Positions 1 through 11,943 of a stretch of DNA of 64,000 nt are shown here, one piece after another. The position numbers and the translations under genes are program-made. This stretch comes from Chiloscyllium plagiosum (taxonomy: Eukaryota): the NCBI RefSeq assembly GCF_004010195.1, contig NC_057719.1:58836089-58900088 (forward strand), given 5' to 3'. The stretch's first letter is position 1. Every line of letters begins with the position of its first letter. The notes beneath the pieces were generated by a model, which saw only the letters and a program-made list of their open reading frames with translations, was not told the origin of the DNA and did no database searches.

Positions 1-610
1 GAGTACAGGAGTACAGTGAGTACAGGAGTACAGTGAGTACAGGAGTACAGTGAGTACAGGAGTACAGTGAGTACAGGAGTACAGTGAGTACAGGAGTACA
101 GTGAGTACAGGAGTACAGTGAGTACAGGAGTACAGTGAGTACAGGAGTACAGTGAGTACAGGAGTACAGTGAGTACAGGAGTACAGTGAGTACAGGAGTA
201 CAGTGAGTACAGGAGTACAGTGAGTACAGGAGTACAGTGAGTACAGGAGTACAGTGAGTACAGGAGTACAGTGAGTTACAGAAGTACAGGAGTACAGGAG
301 TACAGGGGTACAGAAGTACAGGAGTACAGAAGTACAGGAGTACAGGAGTACAGTGAGTACAAGAGTACAGGAGTACAGTGAGTACAAGAGTACAGAAGTA
401 CAGGGGTACGGAAGTACAGAAGTACAGAAGTACAGTGAGTACAGGAGTACAGGGGTACAGAAGTACAGGAGTACAGAAGTACAGGAGTACAGGAGTACAG
501 TGAGTACAGAAGTACAGGAGTACAGGAGTACAGTGAGTACAGGAGTACAGTGAGTACAGGAGTACAGGGGTACAGAAGTACAGAAGTACAGAAGTACAGG
601 AGTACAGTGA
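1..610. repeat. Minisatellite: perfect 17-mer GAGTACAGGAGTACAGT (1-~275) decaying into mixed 8/9-mers (GGAGTACA, GAAGTACA, GGGGTACA, GTGAGTACA)
   Basis: Direct reading; the array is cut by the window start. Confidence 0.97.
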
Positions 611-1149
611 AAAGTGTATAATGTCGCCACAGACGGCACCATCTTAGGTACTAAGGTACTCAAATCCCATATGCGAACCAAGTTGTGTCGAACACAGCAG
701 GTCATCATAAATTTGAAGCCATTCTTTGGTGGGTATTGCTGGACACTGCACCCCCCCCCCCCCCGCAAAAAAAAAGCCTTTGCTTCGATGGGAACGTGGC
801 TCTGAATGAGCATTTGTGGTTGTCTGGTGGAGGGTTGTCATGAGCTTAGATAAAGCAGGTAGCAGCAGCAACAGAGTGGACATCTCTGGTTCATTATGAT
901 GCATCAAACATGGTGAGAATGATTGACTGCGCAGAACAAAAGTATCCTAGCTGCTGCCAGGATAATGGGCATTCACTGATGTTTAGGTACCTAAGTACAA
1001 AAAAAGGTTCAAAATAGTAAGAGAAATGTGAGTTAAAAATTTAAGCATTACTTCAAAGAATAGTAGAAAAATAAAGAAATAGGTAATAGCCTCCAAGATC
1101 TGGGCACAGCAGCGAGTCAGAATTGGAGTAGCTGTGCATGCACACAACT

Positions 1150-2950
1150 GTACAGCTTAGAGGGAATGTTGCACATAAATAGTAGAAGGACCAAACAGTG
1201 GATTTACACATGGACCTATCAGGTATTACAGGAATACTTTGCATCTGCCCTTATCAAGGAAGAAAATCTTATCCAGGTCATATTTAAAAGGTGAAATGAT
1301 TGAGATAATTTTACTTTATTCTTTCATGCGACGTGGACATTGTTGGAAAGGCCAAATTTTGTTTTCTATTCCATAAATGCCTTTGAGATGAATGGCTTGT
1401 GGGGCCATTTCAGAGAGCATATAGAGTCAGCCACCTTGCCATGAGTCTGGAGCCACATATAGTTAGACAGGTGAGGACGGCAGATTTTGGTCCTTAAATT
1501 GAAGGGTTTAAAAGTGATAAGGAGGAGATCTTGGACAGATGTCTATATTTTAAACTAATAAAACACCAGGACCCCATCCAGAGCATTCAGGGATACTGAG
1601 GAAAGTGAAGAGGAAATTGCAAAGGTCATAATTTTCCAGTTTTCCTTAGATTTGGGAATGATGTGAGAAGATATGTGTATTATAAATGTTACACTCTTGT
1701 TCCCAAAACGGTGTGCAGGTAAGCCCAGCAATTACAGGCCAGTCAATTTAACTCTGACGGTGGGGAAGCTTCTAAAAACAATAATTCATGACAAATCACT
1801 TGGGCAAATGTCGGTTAATTGAGGAAAGTCAGAATGTTAAGATCAAATCTTGTTTAACTCTTTAAAGGGATCTATTTTGAAGAGGCAAACGAAAGGATTG
1901 ATGAGTGTAATGCTGATGCTATTGTTATGATTGCAGCTGATGAAAACACCCAACAAGTTTCATTCCAGATTGAAACTTTGCTTGATCAACCATATGTTTT
2001 AAATTTGCAATTTGGTTACTGTTGTAGTTGGTTATTTAATGTATGTACTCAAAACTGTCAAATTGCTTTTAGTTAAAGAAGATACACTTATTGCATAAAA
2101 GAAAAAAAAATGGCTATTTATATAAAAGACTTTGGTCAATCATGATTAACAAATCATACATGATCCTCAGCTTTATTAATAGGGGCATGAGCTACAAAAG
2201 CATAGAGGTTTTGTTACGTTTATATAAAATACTGGTTTAGTCCAGCTTCAGTCACAACACGCTAGAAAAGATATAAAGGTGTAGGAAGGATGCTGAAAAG
2301 ATTCATGAGAGTCGTTCCAAGAGTTGAAAAAAAGAACAAAACAAACTGAAATTTCAACAGGCCATGCTGCATCTATAGAATTCTGAAGCAGATGTGAAAC
2401 ATTAACTCAATTTCTCTCCACAGATATTGCCTGACCTGTTGAAAATTTTCAGCTTTCTCCGCTCTTATTTCAAATTTCCAGCATCTGCAGTGTTTTACTT
2501 TTGGATCCAGGAATGAAGAACTTGCATAATATAGATAAATTGGAAAAGCTGGGACTTATTTCCTTAAAGAAGAAAAGGTTCAGAGGAGATTTGCCAGAGG
2601 TGTTCAAAATCAGGAGTCCAGCCAGCATAGATTGGGAAATTAAAGTCCTCATTGGTGGAGGGATTGCGATCAGGAGGATGTAGGTTTAAGATCATTGGTA
2701 AAAGAAGCAATGAAGATAAAAGACGGAATGTTTTTATTCAGAAAGCGGGCTTAGATCTGGAACGTGTTGCCTGAGAGTGTGGCATGGGCTAGTTTGGATT
2801 ATTTTCTAAAAAGGAAGATTATGCAAGGATACAGGAAGAAAGCAGGGCAATGGTGTTATTTGAATTGCTCAATCGGAGCGCTGGCATGGAAACAATGAAT
2901 TTTATGCCTTCGTTCTGTGCTGTAACAGCCCTGTGATGTTGACAATGTCA
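1150..2950 (+). mobile_element. Highly degenerate CR1 LINE ORF2/3'UTR remnant, interrupted by a minus-strand SINE tail (~1310-1500) and an old PLE-end fragment (~2335-2500)
   Basis: Eroded EYFAS, NYRPVNLT and LEKLGLISLKKKRFRGDL motifs; boundaries approximate. Confidence 0.65.
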
Positions 2951-3940
2951 CTGAACTGCATGAAAATTGAGAGATGTGGTAACTTTCAACGGAGTTGGCA
3001 GCGCCATTCTCACCGTACTCTGTGACTAGAGATCTGGTTTGTGAAAGTTGCAGCTAGGTGCCTCAGAAAATGCTGCTGGCTGATGCTGGAGTAAAAAAAA
3101 ATGTTCTTTGAATATTTTGAGGACTATGGTCTTCTTTTGAGAGCTCTCTTCTTCCCTTAGTGCAGAGGTTCCCCTTTGCAATCTGTGTCCTGTTGAAACC
3201 CAAGAGGAATTATAAGTATGAGCTCCAGACGTATCCTTGCTCATAGGTCTTTAAACTTCACTGAATTCCTTTAAAAGTGACCAACAACCTCCTTCTCAAT
3301 CCAACAATCTTTGCGAGGCCCTCCAACAAAACAGTATATGATATTTTTACTCACTCTATAACAATAAATGAAAGACAAAAGCACCTCACCTTGAATGTGC
3401 AATGTAGATTACTTCAAATAGCGCTGATGTAGTGGAGGAACTGGTGGTTTTGGTGGAGATGGGATGTGGGAGAGGAAAGCGAGATTGAGGAGGTTGACTG
3501 GTGAGTTGTGGCAGGCTATCAGGGGCCCTTACTCATATCAGAGTGGCTGGTAATAGGACCTCCAAGGTCAAAGAAGGAATTGGGCGATGGCATGTTGTAC
3601 TCACTCTGTGTACTTCAGCCAGGTACACATCAATCAGAATATTCCTGCAAGCATCTAACGTTTTTGCTTTTGCATGATCTTTAATTAAGTGTTTCTGGAT
3701 TGCCATTTCTGTAACTTAATTTTCATGTGTTTAAATACACATCTGAGGTTTAAGAATTGAAAATAAACTTCAATTTTTAATTAATCCAGAAATAGTATTT
3801 TCATAAATCTTGAGCATTAGTGACAGGGACATTTCTGCCCTCTAGTGTTTGGTATCTGAAAAACTATTGTTACATTATAGGTATGCACATCAGATTAATT
3901 TTAAAATACTGGTCAGTCAAAAAAATGCTTTATTTTAAAG

Positions 3941-4057
3941 GAGATGATGAAAATCACAGCTGAGCAGAAAGAGGAGAGTGATATGGTATCGCTGCAATCT
4001 GAAGGGAAGGCTTCACTGACAGATTCTCAGTGGACACCTCGAAAGCACAGAGACAAG
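3941..4057 (+). CDS. TTC6: TPR-protein gene (TTC6-like), internal coding exon A (EMMKITAEQ...RKHRDK)
   Basis: ttttaaag| acceptor, |gtacta donor; 117 nt, phase 0/0, open frame, joins exon B in frame. Confidence 0.7.
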
Positions 4058-4699
4058 GTACTATTTAACGGCATATTTTCTTATATAAAACAAATACAGT
4101 TGTTTGATAGCATTTTATTTTCAATTTAAAAATGAAGGAATAATCCATAGTTTATGAAAGGTGACAGTAAAACTGACAAACATTCACAAATTGCATGGCC
4201 GGATTTTATAAACATATTGTTGATATATGGGATTTTATTGTGATCCTATACCTAGTAAGATTATGTTTCAGTCAGGTCACGTCAGTCGGTGATGTGCCCC
4301 ATAGATGGGGGAAGGAGATTCAAAAGGTGAATAAAAATGATTCTTAATAGATTAAATAGTGTGTAGAGTGGTTCAAATGGCATCCTATGGCATTGAGGGA
4401 ATCTAGAAAGTGGATCTTTGGAATTTTAGGCTAAAAATTGCATGTGACTTGCTTGTGGTCATTTGTGACATGATGTGATTACCTACACTATCGAAATGAT
4501 ACAGACAGCATGAAAACTTTGTGCTGCTTGATCATCTCCTGCTTGCTGTTACAGACCAGCTTAAATGCTGACTGGCTGCATGTCCTGCAGGGGCAGAGCT
4601 GCATGTGACGTTAGCTAAGGTTAAAATTAGCCTGCAGTCCTTAATGTTGCCTTGGACCTCCTTAAAAGACTGCTGAGGTATTATGAGTTTTTTTTGTGT

Positions 4700-4990
4700 G
4701 TGAGGTCTTTCATTTCAGAATTTTGGCCAAGAGGATGTTGTGATGATCTGGAGCATGAGCATGAGAAAGTGGGGAATTATAGAGCAGCAGTGACTTGGAG
4801 AAATTTTGAGGAGACTCAGAATGTCATGAGCTACTTGGAGCAGCTCTCTCTGAGGTGCTCATGTAATCATGATGGCAATGGCTGCGACTGCACTAGAGCA
4901 AGGTTCAATCGATCAGAATTTGGATCGATTATTGCTGGGCTTCCTCAAGCTGTTGAGGCATTGGAACTGTTGTTTGAAAATGTCAGTGTT
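4700..4990 (+). mobile_element. Possible L1/Tx1 ORF1 remnant
   Basis: Frameshifted resemblance to the DDLENRSRRNN...RSII pattern; weak. Confidence 0.3.
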
Positions 4991-6191
4991 TCTACAATGT
5001 TATGAGATTGTGAATTTTAAATTTGAAATTGATTACACTTTTGTTATCCATAAAATGCTAAGAGATATGGGGACAAGACTAGAACACAGAGTTAAGTTGC
5101 AGATCAATCGTGATCTCTTTACAAAAGGTGGAACAGATGCAACGAGTTAGATAATTTACTCTTGTTCCTTTTGGGTAGAATTTTCCTGTATATTTTCTAA
5201 GTATGATGGTGAGCATAAAGAACTAACATGTCACCTCCACTGGCAAGAAAACTCACTAGACTAGCCACCATACAGCTCATTAAGAGCCGGCAGATGAGCC
5301 GAGTCACAGGCCTCAACGCGAGTGGCCCAGAAACTGCTAGCTCCTGGTTGCTGAAGTCCCCTGTTCAAAGCCTATGGCTAAAGGGGTAAAGGAACAAAGA
5401 GCTTTCCTTCTTATGAATTGCGGGGGAGGATGGTGAAATGGGATCATTAGTGTCAGAGGCAAGACTAAGTTAATTGCCTACAGAAACCATCCACTTGTTC
5501 ACCGTCGCCACTTCAGTATGGCTTCCTGCCTGTCCTGGTTGGGGCAATTTGAAGCCACCCCTCCAACTTTGCAGGCAGTTTCCTAGTCAAGAAACTTTCT
5601 CACTAAGGTGTAGGTGGTCAAGAAGGTGGTGAGTTAAGGCCTTTTCAGTGGCCATTAATGACCACGATGGGTTTTATTTGCTAGCAAGTCAAGTAAGTTG
5701 TCTATTGACCCTCTGTTTGAACACAGAATTGCTCAGATGGAAAGAAGTGGTTAAGTTTCTCTCCTGGGCAATTCTGTTTTTTCTTCCTGTTACTCTTCTC
5801 ACAATGTCCAGAGAGGGAAGAATTGCACACACTATCGTTATGGGAAAAATCTTTATCTGTATATTGAATGCATCTTAGAAGGTGGCTAAAGAGAGTTTCA
5901 TTTTCTTAAGGAATTAATGGTATGTTCTAAAATGATTTATGAAATAGTTGGGGGAGAAATTAATACATTGAATTAAAAGATCCTTCAATAAAGAAGTGTC
6001 GGACTAAAATTGAAACCATGAAATTGAAGGTGAACATTGAGAGGGCAATTGTTCAGCTTTAGTCTCTAGCTGCCTCTTCAGTGCATCTTTCAAAATTTAT
6101 GTTATGAACTGTGCAAGGATTTCCAACTATTCATAAAATTGTCTATTAAGTGTTAAACAATTTATCTGCAATTAATCATTCTGATGTTCAG

Positions 6192-6437
6192 ATTGAATCT
6201 TTAAGGGAAATCAAACAGAAAATCCAAAAGGAGGAAGGAACCATAAAGGCTTCGGGCAGCCCTGTGCTAAGTCCAATGATACCCCCAGAAACAGAGGAAA
6301 GGTCAAAATCTGCGTCAGCACTTACTTCAGCACTGGAACTGACACCTTCCAGACAAACTTCTTTTGAGGTTCCAGACAGATTTCAGGATACTCTAACCAA
6401 CGAGGAAGTAGAAAAGACTCTTGAATTATCTGGAAAG
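6192..6437 (+). CDS. TTC6: TTC6-like exon B (IESLREIKQ...LELSGK)
   Basis: gttcag| acceptor, AAG|gtaggt donor; 246 nt, phase 0/0; lies within ORF 6150..6464. Confidence 0.75.
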
Positions 6438-7104
6438 GTAGGTTTAAAAACCATTCTATGTTGAATCATAAAATGGTTACAACACCAGCTTTTTGCACAA
6501 ACAATTCCCCTAGTCCACTGCCCTGTGTTTTTAACCGTAGCTCTGCAAATTCTTTCTCTTCCAATAATTATTCAGTTCTCTTTTGTAGGCCACAATGTAA
6601 TTTTCCTCTGCCACACTTTCAGGCAAAACATTCAAGATCATAAACTTCCTCTGTGTAAAAATATTACTTTTTGTCTCAATTGCTTCTTTTGCCAATATAT
6701 AATTTTAACATTTCTGTGTATGCTCTTGTTCATCATTAAGTCATTTTTTTGAAAGTGTTATTTTAAGTTTAAATTAGAAGTTTAGGGCACCGAGAGGATT
6801 CGATGTGAGATAAAGAGATACAGGTCTAGATCGTCCATTCTGTGGAAAGATGGAGACTAGATGTAGCATGAAAGATGTGCCTTGGGATCTCCTAGAAGTC
6901 TTGGTATACTGACAATGAGGAAATTACTTGAGTTGTTTAAACTTCTGACAGCAAGTCTGGAACCCTCATTAAACTTCTCTACCTCTGAGCTCAAGTCAGA
7001 GCTTTGGAAGATTCTGATTTATTTTAGGGATAGTTACCCAGAAAATGTAAGGATTAAAACCAGTGTTAATTTCTGGGACCTATATTCTCCTCTGGCACCT
7101 AACT

Positions 7105-7290
7105 CCATGTTGGAGGGAAAGCACAGCAGGTCAGGTAGCATCCGAGGAGCAGGAAAAGCTTCATCAGATTCATTTTGACCAAAACATCGATTTTCCTGCT
7201 CCACAGATGCTGCCTGACCTGCTGTGCTTTTCTAGCACCATTCTAAACTTGACTCTAATCTCCAGCATCTGCAGTACCCACCTCTTCTAT
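7105..7290. mobile_element. Degenerate PLE-derived hairpin element
   Basis: Inverted arms cagcaggtcagg.agcatc / gatgctgcctgacctgctg plus ccagcatctgcagt tail; no clear TSD. Confidence 0.75.
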
Positions 7291-9286
7291 GTTGGAGGGA
7301 CTATACTCCCTCTGTTGAATGTGCTCCATTTTTTTTCATCCACTCCTGCTTAGTTGGAGAGGTTATGCTCATCCTGCTGTCCTTTAGAGAACTCACCTCA
7401 GTGTAGCACCATGGGCCCTTCAGCAGGGCATCTGGGTGAGTGGCAGACCTGAGGAACTGTCATCCAAGGTCTCTTCTCAATTCTAGTAGTTACTTCAGCC
7501 TAAGAAATCCTAGTTAGTCTGTATAACTGGCTTATTCCATCGTTGAATAGTTACAGCACAGAGATGGTAACAACTCTTTGCAAGAACTGTATAACTTGTC
7601 CTTTTTTTTATTTTTATTCATCCATGGAATTGCCTGCTGGACAGCATTTATTGCCCATCCCTAATTGCAGGAGACATTGTTGGTGAACTGTTTTCTTATG
7701 CTTTGAGATGGTAGAAGTAGGAGGTTTGAGAGATGCTGTTGGAGAAGCCTTGGTGAGCCATTGTTGTGCTACTTCTGGATGTAAAAAAGGCTTCTGCCAT
7801 TTTCCCTGTAGCCTGCCCATTTTTAAATCTTCAGGTTCTTTGCCCTTTTGAAAGCCCCATTTGTCTCTGCCACTCTCTCAGTCAGTGTATTCCAGTTCCT
7901 TACCATTTGTTTTTAAGAAAATGTTTCTCATGCTGTCTTTTGTTCTTTTGTCAATTAACTTAAATCTTTGTCCTCTGATTTTGGATTTCAGCTGCCAATG
8001 CAAACAATTTATCTCTATCTACTGCGTAGACTCATTATTTTAAACTGTTGTCTCAAATCATCACTTAACATTCTCTGAAAGGTCATTGGAAAAATAGGGA
8101 TTGAGAAATGGGAAGGGTATTCCTGGTTCAAAGAGAGAGACTGGAACTACAACAGTTGCAAATTCTGTCAGCACCTTGATTCAAAAGTTAAATTTGCAAT
8201 GAGCATTTGATTTTGAGAAGGCTACAACCAAAGTAAAAGGAATAAGTATTATCTTTTCTGAAAGGGAGTGAAATTGTTGTTTGGAATGTATGGCTAACTG
8301 AGGGGCCACTCCAGGAATAAGGTGTCCAGAGATAAATCAATTTTCAGCCTCTACCTTCAATTCCCATTTGAGCAGTGTGACTACACAGCTCACACTGGGG
8401 TGTGTGGTGTTCACAGCTTGAGGTCTTCATAGCTTATGGGTGCTGTAGGGTCTGGAATGCATCATTAGCTTCTAAAACCACATTTCAACTTAAAATTGTA
8501 ATTTCCATTTGAGTTTTTTTAGTTACAGTGCACCTTTCAAGGGCTGTCAAAATTTGGCTTTAAATTTGCTTAGAAGTGTAGCTTGCATCATCCATTTGTA
8601 ACCTGCTATCATAAGGTACTGGGTGAAAGTGCATTGTGGCCTGCTCTACAACTGTTAATGGAAGCCAGGGATAACCATTCAATACCCCACCTTCCCCATT
8701 GACAATGGCAGACTATCCCAAAGACTGCAAGCTATGTAATTGCAGCTGCCATACCTTCAGACAATTCATTGGTGAAGATGTATAACACAGAATGTAGAGC
8801 AATGTCTTTACCTTACTGCATATCTGAGAAGAACAGATGGCAATGTTGCTTACAGCTTCCTGGGAGAATCCTGTTTCCTTATTTACCATGAAATGGTTCC
8901 TGTCTTCTCTAACCCAATTCAACTGCTTGCTCCTTGAAGGAATAAGGAATGTGGTGTAAAGTACCCCGAGCGTGGTTGGGGATGGTTTTCTGCCTGACTT
9001 TCAGCCCCCTGAAGTTTTTATTTTTGTTTTACTGTTGGTACCTTGTGGTCACTGATGTTCCTCAGCAGTGGTCATCTCTCTGAGTGGGCTTGCTGAGGAT
9101 TCAGAGCTTCTGCCCTCTGAATGGGATGGCAGCATCAACAGCACCTCCTGCTGTTCTCAGATGGTAGGCTCGCAGCTGGTCAATTTGGAGGCTGCCTGCT
9201 GTAAATGATCACTCTTAAGAACTGGGGACATTGATGTTTTAAGCAAGTACATTTAAGTAACACATGAAGACATTTGTATTCGTGAT

Positions 9287-10547
9287 TGAAATAACTGCAC
9301 ATAGGTCAGTATACCATCACCAAGTCACCCTTTATTTACTTGTGCACAGTACATTGACTGTAGCCAGCCAGCTCAGAGTCAGTTGCCTGAACTAAGGAGA
9401 TTAAAATCTCCTGGTTACATATATCTATATCTATAAAACCTCCACACTACCACTGAATAGCGGTAGTACATATTTATTCCCCAGTACCCCTGTAGTGTGT
9501 GTGCAGGTGTAGGACACAATGAAGAATAGCAATTGCAGAAATCTTTATTCACATTCCACTAATAGGAAGAAAAGAAACACCCAAGTGGCCAGTGACAAGC
9601 AATGCCATTCTCAACAAAGGGCAATGCCTAAGTGATCAAACAAATGAAGGTAGGGCAGGGATTAAACAACAAATAGAATTGGAGGGAGATGTCCTGGTTA
9701 TATTTTTTTTCCCTGTTCCTTTTTTTATAAATTTAACCCCCACACTACCTGCAGTAGTGCTTATTTTATCCCCAGCACCCATGGTGTGTGTGTGCAGGGG
9801 TGAGACAAAGTGAAAGACACAAAGTGCACGAATCTTTATTCAAATTCCACCACCAGGAAGATAGGAAAACACCCGGGTGGCCAGTGACAAGCACTGCCCT
9901 TCACATCAAGAGACAGTGCTGTGTGATCAAAACAGTGAAGGGGAGGGTAGGGAATCTCGTGGTTATATTGGTCAGCCTTGGCTTTTCTGATTGGCCCAGG
10001 TTAACAACCCCAATCATGCACCTCATAGTCAACAAGGTCCACCTGGTTCCATCATTACATCCTTGCCCTATATATCCAGGCATGTAGGCTTGGGCTTTCT
10101 CTTGCAGTTTTTCCTGCAACACTTTTGCCCGAGGTCCGGTTCCTCCAACTAGGACTGAGTACTGGACCATCTCCTGTCTCTTGCAGTTGGAGCGTCCTGG
10201 GAGAGTTTCCTTTCCTTCATCCAGCAGTAACGGTATTGAGGCTGCATCCATTTTGAGCTCTGAGATTTCCTTGACTTTAGACTCCAAGATGACTGTTGCA
10301 AGTTAATGTTCTTCCTAGTGTCTCCCATAGCCACTGAAATAACAGAGGCCAGAATCCTGTCACCAAGTCACCCTTTATTTACTAGTGCACAGTACATCGT
10401 GCCAGCCAGCTCCGAGTCAGTCCTCGTCTGAGGAGGTTCTAATCTTCTATTTATATTGGTCAGCCAGGGCTTTCCTGATTGTCCCAGGTTAACAACCCAA
10501 TCAAGAACCTTGTCATCAACAAGGTCCACCTGGTTCCAATAATTACA
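9287..10547 (-). mobile_element. Miniature non-autonomous LTR element (TRIM-like): LTRs 9287-10059 (with nested insertions) and 10335-10547, ~275 bp internal region
   Basis: Two diverged direct repeats, each TG...CA; 5 bp TSD gtgat/gtaat; on the minus strand there is AATAAA in the LTR, a TGGC PBS-like start after the 5' LTR and purine-rich AGGGCAAGGA before the 3' LTR. Confidence 0.78.
9421..9952 (-). mobile_element. Two tandem ~250-270 bp copies of a retroposon 3' end inserted in the left LTR
   Basis: Units 9421-9688 and 9704-9952 are clearly homologous; each has an A/T-rich tail on the left and is bounded by (a)atctcctggttatat-like motifs. Confidence 0.7.
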
Positions 10548-10559
10548 GTAATCTTCCAG

Positions 10560-10890
10560 TAAAGTTCTCCTACATCAGTGGCAAGATCTGGTGAAATCAT
10601 GAGAAAGCATTCTTTTAGCCACTTCCAACAAGAAACAACACCAGCTGCAAATTTCCCTCCAAGTTGCTCACCATCCAGACTTGGAAATATATCACCATTC
10701 CTTCAGTGTTGCTGCATCAAAACCCTAGAAATCTCTCCAAGCAGCACTAACAGAGGGTGTACTTACAACAAATGGACTACAGTAGTTCAAGAATACAGCA
10801 CACAACCACTTACACAAGGGCATCTAAACATGGGCAATTAATACTGTCCTAGCCAGTGACACCCACGTTCCATGGTTAAATGAAAACAAA
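10560..10890 (+). mobile_element. 3' end of a CR1/L2-group LINE (second family; related copies 31190-32530, 48770-49525)
   Basis: Shares gacttggaaatat and the gggcaa...ctggccagtgac.cccac 3' end with the longer copies. Confidence 0.65.
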
Positions 10891-11943
10891 ATTCTGTAAT
10901 GCATAAAGCAAAATATTTCACCAGTGTATTACTGATCAATAAAGTTGTTACATTGTAAAAAGCTTGTGAAATAATAGAAGACTATAAAGGCCTCTTTTGG
11001 TGGACAGATTTTAGTAAGCTGAAATAACAGCCCAGAGTCTACTGGAAAAATATAGAGAATTTATTGGGCGCATAATTGTTCGCGTTTAAATTGTCCAGTA
11101 ATTTGTGTGAGGGAGAAATAACCTGAGTTGCAAATTACTACAAATGTCTGGATGATTTGTATCACATACCATTAGCCTCATGAAAATTGCATTTTGCTAT
11201 TAACCTCCCCATTAAGTCTTGAGAAATTGTTGCCTTTGCAAATCAATTGTTAAACAAACTAATCACCATTGGTTTGGGTTTGAATTTAAAATTTAACATT
11301 ATTCATTTTTCTTCCTTGCTCACTTTAATTCCCTCTCTTTCTCAATCTTTATTTCCATTTCTTTGATTAGATGGATTCTTGTTTCTATTAATTTCATATT
11401 CTGTTGTCCCATTAAATTTGCCTGGTGCTATCTGTTCACATTTCCAGTCATATTCCATGGCAAAAGGTTTTGAGCTGAGGGCTGAGTGAAAAAAATATCT
11501 GGTGGGCTATATCGTGAGATATCTCACTCCTGGAAATGTTGGACTATTAAACTCAGCTCTGTAAGAAATTATGATGTATTTCATCATTGAAATATATTAG
11601 TCTAGGACTTATAGAAATATTACATAGGTGTACAGAATACTATGTATTTGGATATGTTAGCTTAAAATGTAAATTGCATATCTTTCATATCAATGCATTT
11701 CAGAAATCTGTTTGGCTCTGTGTTTAATTTCTCAAACATCACTGTTTTTGAAGGAACTATTTTGTTTCATTGAGCAATATGATCTGACTTTGAAAAATAA
11801 TTATCACTGTTTTTCGAGGCATGTTTATAGTATGAGCAGAAATTTATCTTCCACTGGTGAGTTTGCCATTGGGTAGGCTCATTGAATCCCTCAGAAGGCC
11901 TTCCCATCAGCACCTGTTCCAAACTACCTGCAATTTTAGGGGA

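Noticed and set aside
353..553. 66 aa ORF (STEVQEY repeats)
   Set aside because: Translation of the minisatellite; no splice or coding support.
654..990. Possible insertion 660-984 flanked by aggtac direct repeats
   Set aside because: Only a 6 bp match in GTAC-rich surroundings, with no TIR, tail or recognisable family.
1937..2000. Candidate upstream exon after ttgcag
   Set aside because: No good donor, and it abuts a CR1 RT remnant.
9901..10287. 128 aa minus-strand ORF
   Set aside because: Runs from the LTR-element interior through the LTR into a nested insertion; no recognisable domain.
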